Made by a program: the position numbers and the translations under genes
DNA from: Clostridiales bacterium
Lineage (GTDB): Bacteria > Bacillota > Clostridia > Clostridiales > Oxobacteraceae
Length of the DNA stretch: 64,000 nt
Direction: 5' to 3'
Assembly: GCA_030016385.1 (NCBI GenBank)
Contig: JASEJN010000003.1
Span: 15,048 to 79,047, forward strand
Shown here: piece by piece, positions 46,042 to 54,057 of the stretch
How the letters are laid out: each line of letters begins with the position of its first letter
How positions within the stretch are numbered: position 1 is the first letter of the stretch
The notes under the pieces: model-generated
What the model was told of the DNA's origin: nothing
Database searches by the model: none
Seen by the model: only the letters and a program-made list of their open reading frames with translations

Positions 46042-48900
46042 CTAATTTTCATCTTTATAGGACAGATGAAATTCTTTCCGCATTCTTGTAAGCTCCTTAT
46101 TCACCTGTTTGGTATTTAGATATAGCGCTTCTCTCGGATTTTCACTTGCGCCTCCATTTGTTGTCGCAACTGAACGAAATGCATAATCGGCAGCTCTCAT
46201 TGTCATATATCCGCCTGGTACTTCAGGCATTCCTACTGTATTTTTAAATTGTTCTTCCAGTTGCTTAGAATACTTTAAGGGCCATGGAAGCTGTTTCATT
46301 ACATCTATATTGGCTGTCGGATATCTCGCAGCAGCGCCCATAACGGACTCAAGTGAGTTTGCATATCTTGTCTGAGTATTGGTATCAATCCACCAATTCA
46401 TAAATTTCCATGATTTGTCCTTATCTTTTGCAGATTTTAGCAAAATACAATCGACAGTCTGAGATACTGCTGTATTATTTATTGTCCCATCCGCCTTATT
46501 TAATCCTGGCAAAGTAACCATTGACCACATTCCTTTTATTTCCGGTGCAAAAACTTCAAGTTGGTTATATGTAGTATAAGGTGCAATACCTATAGGAATT
46601 TCACCCGTCCTGAATCTGTTTGAAAAATCGGCGGATACAGGCAGCTTGTAACTTGTATAAAATTTTGTCAGCTCATTGAATGCCACCATGGCATTATCAT
46701 CTGTCAATCCGCTCTCTATTCCATAATCACCGCCTGTACCTTTATATAAGTCTCCACCATACTGATATATTAATGAAGAATAAAATTCCACGCCCGGCAA
46801 GTAAAAATCATAGTTGTTTGTATGCAAGACAGATATATCATATTTGACTTCATCCCATGTTTTTGGTGGTTTTAATCCCAGCTGGTTCATGATATCTTCA
46901 CGATAAAACATCATCATGAATGTCTGTTGCTCCGGTAAACCATAAATACCATTTTTGAAGGTCACAGTTCTTATCGCACTATCAAAAAACATTCTTCTTA
47001 TATCGTCAAAACCATCAAGTTTTGAAAGATCAATAAGTGCATTTCGCATTGCAAAATTAATTACTGTCGCTTGTGGAATATTTAATGCCACATCAGGCCC
47101 ATTACCTGCTAATGTCGCCGGAAGAATTACATCTGCAGGGATAAGTTGAAGATTCACTGCTATACCGGTTTTTGGCGTGAAGTCCTGGTCGATTAAGTTT
47201 TTTATTATCTGAGCCTGGTCACGTCCGGCAGATGTCCATACTTTTACAGCATTTTTAGTCGATATATCTGATATTTTCGTTTCATCTATAAAAAATGTAG
47301 AGAGAAATCTTATTGTATTATAATAGAAACGAACAAATATATTAGGTTCAGCTCTGACAAGTTTTGCATTCGGCGCAGATAATGTAAAGCTGTCAAGTTC
47401 GAGAGGCATTTTTGATATAGACGTAATCCATGTGCCCAATCCCGCAATATTGCTTTCAAAAGTATTTATCTCATTTACTACATTCTCTGGCTTTGAAGAT
47501 AGCTCCTCTGCCTGCAATTGCATTTTTTCAATAATGGCAGTATTCTCGCCTTTATCTCCTGTAATACGTATCAATTCATCAACAACATTTTTCAGGCGGG
47601 TGCTCTCAGTTTTGAATGTTTCAGCAAATCCTGGAATTTTTTTTGTTATTTCATAATCTATGTTTTTATCGGGTACAACACCTGTTATCTGAGTAGTTTT
47701 ACGATAAATATCATTCAAAATAGAAACACTTTTTTCCACCTGTGAAAGTGGCAAAGCTAAATCTCCAAGAACCACCTCAAGTGAAATAGTGTTCTTTCCT
47801 TTTTTAAAGTGAAATAGAAAATCTTCTTGTCCCTTTCCCATGATATAATTAGCAAAACCCGTATTAAAATCAAATCCTATTGCTAATGCCTCGCTAAATG
47901 GTACTTCACCATTAATCCTTAGCCGTCTGTACGAAGTTACGCCTCTGTTAATATTTTGTTTGCCTCTAAAGGAAATTCTATATAAACCTTCCTCTGGTAC
48001 ATTGATTTCCCATTCAATAGTATCTCCTGGCATACTCCAGCTAGTACCACCAATAGTATTCAATCTAATCTTATATGGACTGTATGGTACAGTATTAGAA
48101 CTGCTGTAATCGGTTGAAAGAATAATATCAGGAGAGGATTTTTTAATATCTAAAGTATTCTTATCTATCCTTTCAGCCTGATATAAGATATTAGTCCCAT
48201 TATACACATTATATTTTTGCTTCCATTCCTTTAATACATCTACATAAGGTTTTATCTCTGGAGCTGTTTTAAGAGTTATATCAGCAATCTTAAGCGGTTC
48301 TTTAACTGATTCAAAAGTTAATGTATGCAAACCTTTGCTAAAATAAAATTTATAAGGTTCAAAATCTCTTCTTTGAGAATCATTTATATAGATAGTTGTC
48401 AGCTCAGGTTTTTCTATTGCCACAGGAAGAATCTCGTTACCATTTTTTTTCGCAATTTGCTTGCCATCACTATTATCCCATACTCTGTTAAAGATTATCT
48501 GGTTCATCCCATCAAAGAAAATTTTATCATCAATATACATTTTTCTCTCAATTTGAGAATTGGTCCCTTTTACCGGAATATAAGCAACTACAATATTATA
48601 AAAACCATCCTCTTTTACTTGAAAACTCCATTCGATCTTACCATTGTCGTCGGTAAATACTCCATCATTCCCTGTGCTTGCTTTCATGCCATCCGTTGTT
48701 TTGTATGACGATATATCTACTTTTATTTCATCGGATGCGGTTTTACCAGAATAGTTCTGACTATCGAGATATTTTATATAGGACTCATCATAATAGACCT
48801 GCTTATCAGCCGATTTTGCAGTATCTATTGCTTTGCAATCTGTATTAAATAGAAATAAAATAAAAATCATTATAATACTTGAAAATAATACTCTCTTCAT
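46042..48900 (-). CDS. 952-aa secreted protein: ~550-aa N-terminal beta-rich (CBM-like) region fused to a C-terminal family-1 solute-binding domain
   Basis: Signal peptide MKRVLFSSIIMIFILFLFNTDCKA. From about residue 550 (KVWTSAGRDQAQIIKNLIDQDFTPKTGIAVNLQLIP...GPDVAL) the sequence looks like a sugar SBP. The N-terminal part has two similar segments (KIEWSFQVKEDGFYNIVVAY and TIEWEINVPEEGLYRISFRG), consistent with tandem carbohydrate-binding-type modules. Confidence 0.6.
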   Translation of the reverse strand: MKRVLFSSIIMIFILFLFNTDCKAIDTAKSADKQVYYDESYIKYLDSQNYSGKTASDEIKVDISSYKTTDGMKASTGNDGVFTDDNGKIEWSFQVKEDGFYNIVVAYIPVKGTNSQIERKMYIDDKIFFDGMNQIIFNRVWDNSDGKQIAKKNGNEILPVAIEKPELTTIYINDSQRRDFEPYKFYFSKGLHTLTFESVKEPLKIADITLKTAPEIKPYVDVLKEWKQKYNVYNGTNILYQAERIDKNTLDIKKSSPDIILSTDYSSSNTVPYSPYKIRLNTIGGTSWSMPGDTIEWEINVPEEGLYRISFRGKQNINRGVTSYRRLRINGEVPFSEALAIGFDFNTGFANYIMGKGQEDFLFHFKKGKNTISLEVVLGDLALPLSQVEKSVSILNDIYRKTTQITGVVPDKNIDYEITKKIPGFAETFKTESTRLKNVVDELIRITGDKGENTAIIEKMQLQAEELSSKPENVVNEINTFESNIAGLGTWITSISKMPLELDSFTLSAPNAKLVRAEPNIFVRFYYNTIRFLSTFFIDETKISDISTKNAVKVWTSAGRDQAQIIKNLIDQDFTPKTGIAVNLQLIPADVILPATLAGNGPDVALNIPQATVINFAMRNALIDLSKLDGFDDIRRMFFDSAIRTVTFKNGIYGLPEQQTFMMMFYREDIMNQLGLKPPKTWDEVKYDISVLHTNNYDFYLPGVEFYSSLIYQYGGDLYKGTGGDYGIESGLTDDNAMVAFNELTKFYTSYKLPVSADFSNRFRTGEIPIGIAPYTTYNQLEVFAPEIKGMWSMVTLPGLNKADGTINNTAVSQTVDCILLKSAKDKDKSWKFMNWWIDTNTQTRYANSLESVMGAAARYPTANIDVMKQLPWPLKYSKQLEEQFKNTVGMPEVPGGYMTMRAADYAFRSVATTNGGASENPREALYLNTKQVNKELTRMRKEFHLSYKDEN

Positions 48901-48934
48901 ATGATCAGTCCCCCATTTGAATCACTTTTATCAA

Positions 48935-48974
48935 GTTCTTTGATGCTGTGGAATTTATCACAGCATCAAAGAAC
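48935..48974 (-). promoter_or_regulatory. intercistronic stem-loop after the first SBP gene (mRNA-stabilising element or partial terminator)
   Basis: Perfect 16-bp stem GTTCTTTGATGCTGTG / CACAGCATCAAAGAAC with an 8-nt loop. There is no strong T-run after it on the minus strand. Confidence 0.55.
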
Positions 48975-48995
48975 ATTAATATATCTTTTCTTTTA

Positions 48996-51017
48996 TTATT
49001 TGACTTCTACAGAAATCTTTAAGTCAGTCTTATTTCCGACATAATCCTTAACTGTCAAAACAACATCATATTTACCTGCAGTAGTAACATCAAGCTGGCT
49101 GATATCTGCTGTTACATATGCTTTCAAATCAAACCCATCTTTATCAACAGCTTTATCTATAAAATCATTTGCCCAGTTTATCTTAGCTGCATCTTCATTT
49201 TTTGCTATTGTCCTGTAGGTGGCTTTTGCTTTTAATGTGGGAGCCGTCTTGTTATTAGTATCATATACTATAATAGCAAAATTCCCCTTGCCCTCATTAC
49301 CTGCTTTATCCTTTGCAGATACAGCTAGGCCTTTATCATACTTACCAACCTTATCGAACTTTACAGCAGAAGAATCAAATTTAATATCTGAAACTTTTAT
49401 ATCACCGTCAACGCCATCAGTAGCTTTTACATATTTGTTCCAGTCGATTTTGGATGCATCTGTACCGGAAGGTAGAGCTATGTCTTTTCCAACTAAAGCA
49501 AATGTTGGGGGCATATTATCTGTAGGTGCCGATGAACTTAACGCTTTTTCGGTAATACTCATGGAATCATTAATCATATTTTTCATTGAATCAATCGCCG
49601 CAGAATATTTTGGCGTATTATTAAGTCCATAAATTGAATTACCTAATATTTGATCAGACCAAATACTAGACCACGGCATAATATAAGCATTCTCATTAGG
49701 TTTGTTTCCAGATATAGCGACAAAAGCCTTCATTATATCCTCACCTAATGTTTCATTAGTAACATCAAATCCCGCATTTATTGCCTCGGCTTTAGCATTT
49801 TTCTTAAAATAATCAAGAGCCTTATTGCTATTTGCCAGAGTTTTATAATATGTTGAAAAATACAACTGATAAGCTTTTAGTGCAAGCTCCGTCCTTTCTT
49901 TTGATACTCCTTTCAATATGCCCATTTGGTCACTCGGCATAACTAGTTGCTGATATTTCTGATCACCTGATGGGATATTGTCAGGCCTTGGGAAAGGTAC
50001 CACACCCATGGACTCTCCGCGCTTTGCAAGTGCCTGTCCTGAACTATTCGACATCCATGGAACCATATTGGTAAATACGGTCTCCCCATTTGCAAAATCA
50101 TTTGCATTCCAAGTCCAGCCTGGGACAGGGTTATCATCTCCGTATCTTACAGACATCATTAAATTCTTGGATTTAAGCTCGTCAATATACTGGATAGCCT
50201 GTTTAACTTCTGCAGAATCAACTGTAAGGCCATTAGCGCCATACAATGCTCCGCCATTTGCATGTATTGCTTGAAGAGCCGTATATCTATAGTCTGTCTC
50301 AAAGGCCTTAATAGGTACATCTGTTCTTACAGGTGCTTTTTTATTTGAATAATATGCATTTACCTTTGTTAAATAATCTTCAAATGCCGACCATGTCCAT
50401 TTATTCTCTTTCCATAAATCCGTAGGATATACAGTTTTTCCGTTTTGCTTTAGAGCATCAACCTTATCAAGATACTGGACATTGTATACCAAAGGCCATA
50501 CATTTATAAACGAAAGTATAAAGTTTAAAAAATATGTATGCCCAAACATTTTGTCGCCAAACATCCATGAACTGTCCGGGTCGCTGAATATGCTCTGATA
50601 ACTATCCAGAGGCTGAAGTATATTCTGACCGAGTATTGTCCCCTGAGAACCGCCCCAGAATAATGCCACGTCACAAACGGGGTCATTGGCTAATACCGAT
50701 TTCAAGAGTACTTCACGGACATCACCAGAATACTGTGTCCATTTAACCTTTACATTGAGTTGTTTAAGAACGGTATCCATAGCCTTCCTGGCTGCTTGAA
50801 GTCCCTCAGGCGACATACCCGATTTACCAGTAACGGGATCTTTCCACTCTGGATTAATTCCAGATTCCGAATGGGTGCCAAATACGATAACAGTTTGTCC
50901 CCCTTTCTTAGCAGATGTTGCTGCATTTTCCCCCCCTTTGCCACATGCGCTCATAAATGATAAAAACATAAAAAATACAATTACGAGTGAAATAACTCTT
51001 TTAGATTTGATTAACAT
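48996..51017 (-). CDS. solute-binding lipoprotein with two C-terminal Ig-like (DUF5011-type) domains
   Basis: Lipobox LSFMSAC. ~480-aa SBP-like body. The C-terminal ~180 aa contain two similar repeats (ATDGVDGDIKVSD...GKYDKGLAVSAKDKAGNEG and AVDKDGFDLKAYV...GKYDVVLTVKDYVGNKT). Confidence 0.65.
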   Translation of the reverse strand: MLIKSKRVISLVIVFFMFLSFMSACGKGGENAATSAKKGGQTVIVFGTHSESGINPEWKDPVTGKSGMSPEGLQAARKAMDTVLKQLNVKVKWTQYSGDVREVLLKSVLANDPVCDVALFWGGSQGTILGQNILQPLDSYQSIFSDPDSSWMFGDKMFGHTYFLNFILSFINVWPLVYNVQYLDKVDALKQNGKTVYPTDLWKENKWTWSAFEDYLTKVNAYYSNKKAPVRTDVPIKAFETDYRYTALQAIHANGGALYGANGLTVDSAEVKQAIQYIDELKSKNLMMSVRYGDDNPVPGWTWNANDFANGETVFTNMVPWMSNSSGQALAKRGESMGVVPFPRPDNIPSGDQKYQQLVMPSDQMGILKGVSKERTELALKAYQLYFSTYYKTLANSNKALDYFKKNAKAEAINAGFDVTNETLGEDIMKAFVAISGNKPNENAYIMPWSSIWSDQILGNSIYGLNNTPKYSAAIDSMKNMINDSMSITEKALSSSAPTDNMPPTFALVGKDIALPSGTDASKIDWNKYVKATDGVDGDIKVSDIKFDSSAVKFDKVGKYDKGLAVSAKDKAGNEGKGNFAIIVYDTNNKTAPTLKAKATYRTIAKNEDAAKINWANDFIDKAVDKDGFDLKAYVTADISQLDVTTAGKYDVVLTVKDYVGNKTDLKISVEVK

Positions 51018-51073
51018 TTTATTTCCTCCTTTTTATTTTTTTTGCAGCCTTTTATATTTCATGCTAATATACA

Positions 51074-52519
51074 CTACTTAGCCTGAATAACAAAAGTTGT
51101 AACTGATTCTGATGGCAATATATAACTCTGTAAATCAGCAATTTTTTTTACGAGACTGCAATTATAATTCACTGATGTTTCGTATACTTCACTATATTTA
51201 CCATTTAAGCCATTAAAAACTATTGACTTTTCTTCCTTTGATGGATTTACAAAAACAATAACAGTTTTATCTGACTTGGGGGAAACATATGCCGATACAA
51301 GCAAATTGTTATCTTCAATTTCTGCCTTTATACGCCTGTAACCCGGCCTGATAAACCTGGAATAATTCCCAAAACTCCATAATCTTTTGGAAGTTTCATA
51401 TTCTTCAGTTGCTGTATTAACATATACAAGGCCGTCGCGGTAATCGCCCTTTGCTACAGCTAACCAAGCCTCCCAGGTAGAAACCGATAAAATGGTCATA
51501 TCCTCATGTATCGTTTTGGCAAGGACCAATGCTGCGTCCATACCCTTGGCATTTCCATTTTTCATCTCACACCACTCTGTTTGGTGAAGAGGAAGCATGT
51601 TATTAAACTGTGAAAAATATATGGCAGCTTCTCTTTTATCATCTGCATTGGACCAGTAAGAATGAACTGCAAAATGATCAATGGCTTTTGAAAGCAGATC
51701 ATCCTGCATTACGGTCCTGTACATCGAAAGGGTATAATCACGATCATTCCACTTCCCAGATTCATCTATTGAAAGTTTTACAGGGAGCTTTCTTTTTTTA
51801 AGTTCTAAAGTTACTTTTCTTGATAAGTCCAGCACCTGTCCGGGCTCATAGTGGCAACCTTCTTGCCCACTTTTCCAATTCCACTGGGGTTCATTTATAG
51901 GGCTTAAATATTTGACAGGTATACCTTTTTCAAAGAAGAGTTGAGTTATATCGGCGAGATACTTTGCATACTCATCTTCATTTTCTTCCGAGAGATTCGA
52001 TTTTCCAGAAGCTTCTCCGGAGGAATATCCGGACTTAGTTAATCTTGCCGGTGGACTAACTGAAAATAATTCAACTGTAGCTCCATGCTTTACTGCTTCC
52101 TTCATAGCATTTATAGAATTTTTATCTCTATTCATGTCATATAATCCGGGAGAAACCTCTATAGTTTGTGTAGAACGCCAGGGATCATCTGTCAAGCAAG
52201 GATATCCGGCCCCAATATTATATCTATATATATTCAACCCTATCCCCTTTTTACTCTCATAAAGGAAATCCATAATTTCACTAATATTACTCCATCCGCC
52301 GACATCCTGAGCCCACCATGCGCCGGATGCACCAAAGCCCTCGATCTCCTGGTATTTGATATTATAGTTAAGCTTTACCTGTATCCCCATTGGATTAACC
52401 CCCTTAAAAGTTTGTTTACTATTTTTAGAAACCGTTTTCATAAAAAGCCAAAAAAACATCGAAAGTAATATTAAAAAAATCAATATTGCTAAAACATATT
52501 TTCCCCATAGGTATCTCAT
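51074..52519 (-). CDS. glycoside hydrolase family 30-like enzyme with an N-terminal membrane anchor
   Basis: N-terminal TM YVLAILIFLILLSMFFWLFM. QEIEGFGASGAWW. SPINEPQW is the putative acid/base and LHQTEWCE the putative nucleophile. C-terminal beta-sandwich-like tail. Confidence 0.65.
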   Translation of the reverse strand: MRYLWGKYVLAILIFLILLSMFFWLFMKTVSKNSKQTFKGVNPMGIQVKLNYNIKYQEIEGFGASGAWWAQDVGGWSNISEIMDFLYESKKGIGLNIYRYNIGAGYPCLTDDPWRSTQTIEVSPGLYDMNRDKNSINAMKEAVKHGATVELFSVSPPARLTKSGYSSGEASGKSNLSEENEDEYAKYLADITQLFFEKGIPVKYLSPINEPQWNWKSGQEGCHYEPGQVLDLSRKVTLELKKRKLPVKLSIDESGKWNDRDYTLSMYRTVMQDDLLSKAIDHFAVHSYWSNADDKREAAIYFSQFNNMLPLHQTEWCEMKNGNAKGMDAALVLAKTIHEDMTILSVSTWEAWLAVAKGDYRDGLVYVNTATEEYETSKRLWSFGNYSRFIRPGYRRIKAEIEDNNLLVSAYVSPKSDKTVIVFVNPSKEEKSIVFNGLNGKYSEVYETSVNYNCSLVKKIADLQSYILPSESVTTFVIQAK

Positions 52520-52820
52520 CTATATTTCTCCCTTACAGACATATATCCATTATTTTTAAAAATAATATGATTGCTATAAAAAATTTAACAAATGCCATAA
52601 AGCATTGTAATATCTTAAGAGATAAACATTCATGAACAATACCCTTCTGTTTTTAAATAAGACTTTTGATTTAAATATTGTATTAGATAGATTGATTAAT
52701 ATAATTATTTTTTGATGAATACTATATTAAAAATCAGTTTATATTATTATGTTTATATATAATATCTATTAATTATAAAAAACATTTAGAATTAATAGAT
52801 CAAATAAACATTCTATTAAC

Positions 52821-52836
52821 ATGAAATAGGTTTCAT
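52821..52836. promoter_or_regulatory. LacI-family-type palindromic operator upstream of the GH30 operon
   Basis: ATGAAATAGGTTTCAT, a perfect 6+6 palindrome (TGAAAT/ATTTCA-type arms around a central AG/G), about 300 nt upstream of the GH30 start. Similar to the site at 56767-56780. Confidence 0.45.
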
Positions 52837-52927
52837 ATAATTTACAAAACATATTATACTACATTATCCTCGAATTGTTAATATTTATTTCAAATTTTTG
52901 AAAATTTTTGTTATGAACTTAATTCAA

Positions 52928-52971
52928 AGAGTAACTTCATGTTTATACCATCAAAATGGTGGAAGTTACTC
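52928..52971 (-). terminator. candidate terminator after the LacI-family regulator gene
   Basis: AGAGTAACTTC ... GAAGTTACTC(C), a 10-11 bp stem with a ~23-nt loop containing the inner stem CCAT/ATGG, followed on the minus strand by TTTGAATT. Confidence 0.45.
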
Positions 52972-52992
52972 CTACAAAACGATATGTAAACT

Positions 52993-54012
52993 TCAATATT
53001 GTTTTGATTTCGAACATGATTGCCTGATAGTAAGGCTTGTTTCTATAACCTTTTCTCTTGATGATTTTTTGCCTGCAATCATGTCCACAGCAGTTTTGGT
53101 AAGTTTTGGTATATCATGGTTTATAGATGTTAAAGTGGGTGACACAATATCACAAAGATAAGAGTCATCAAAACCTGTTAACGAAATATCCTGTGGAATT
53201 TTGATGCCCTGTGAATAAGCATATTTCATAGCACCAATTGCCACAAAATCATTTATGGCAATAACTGCCGTAGGTATTCTGCTTAAGGAAAACAAAGTTT
53301 TCGCTGCATTAAGTCCATCATCAATAGAAAATCCGCTGAATATTACCCAGTCTTTATTATATTCAAGTCCGAAATGCTTTAATGCATACTTTAATGCCTT
53401 GTGTTTTATAGATGTTGATGTAATGCTAGATATTCCACCTATAAGGCCTATATCTTTATGCCCAAGGGAAATAAGATACTCTATAATGGAGAAAATTCCA
53501 GCTCTTTCGTCGCTCCTTACCTTAAAACAATCAACACCGCTCATCCGGCCATTGATCATTACGATTGGAACCTTATCGAGCACAGCATTCATCTCATCTG
53601 CAAGCTGCTTGTTGGTTCTTACCATATTAATTCTGCCGCCTAAAAATATTATTCCATCGACCTGCTTTTCAACTAACATTTTTAAATAAACCGACTCTAA
53701 ATCAATATTAAATGCGTTGCAGAGAATTATAGAGTAACCTTCGGCAGTTAAAAGTTTCTCTGTTTCTAAAAATATATTGGCAAAAAAAGGATTGTCAATA
53801 CTTGGCATTATTATACCTATAGTTTTTGATTCCTTTTTTAGCAGACTTCTTGCAAGAGCATTAGGTTGAAAATTGTACTTATCTATTATTTCCCTAATTT
53901 TACGGCTTTTTTCTATATTTACTCTTGCACTGCCGGTTATCACTCTCGAAACAGTCGCGGGTGAAACTTCAGCTTCTTTTGCAATATCATATATTGTTAT
54001 ATTCTTTTTCAA
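52993..54012 (-). CDS. LacI-family transcriptional regulator
   Basis: N-terminal HTH ITIYDIAKEAEVSPATVSRVITG. C-terminal PBP-type sugar-binding domain (IGIIMPS, AVIAINDFVAIGA, LTGFDD). Confidence 0.9.
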   Translation of the reverse strand: MKKNITIYDIAKEAEVSPATVSRVITGSARVNIEKSRKIREIIDKYNFQPNALARSLLKKESKTIGIIMPSIDNPFFANIFLETEKLLTAEGYSIILCNAFNIDLESVYLKMLVEKQVDGIIFLGGRINMVRTNKQLADEMNAVLDKVPIVMINGRMSGVDCFKVRSDERAGIFSIIEYLISLGHKDIGLIGGISSITSTSIKHKALKYALKHFGLEYNKDWVIFSGFSIDDGLNAAKTLFSLSRIPTAVIAINDFVAIGAMKYAYSQGIKIPQDISLTGFDDSYLCDIVSPTLTSINHDIPKLTKTAVDMIAGKKSSREKVIETSLTIRQSCSKSKQY

Positions 54013-54057
54013 TTTTTATCCCATCCTGTTTAATATACTGTAATATCAGAAATTTAT

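Noticed and set aside
52891-52910. Direct repeat CAAATTTTTG AAAATTTTTG in the AT-rich region downstream of the LacI-family gene
   Set aside because: It is composed only of A/T runs in a very AT-rich spacer, so chance occurrence is likely and it has no partner elsewhere in the window.
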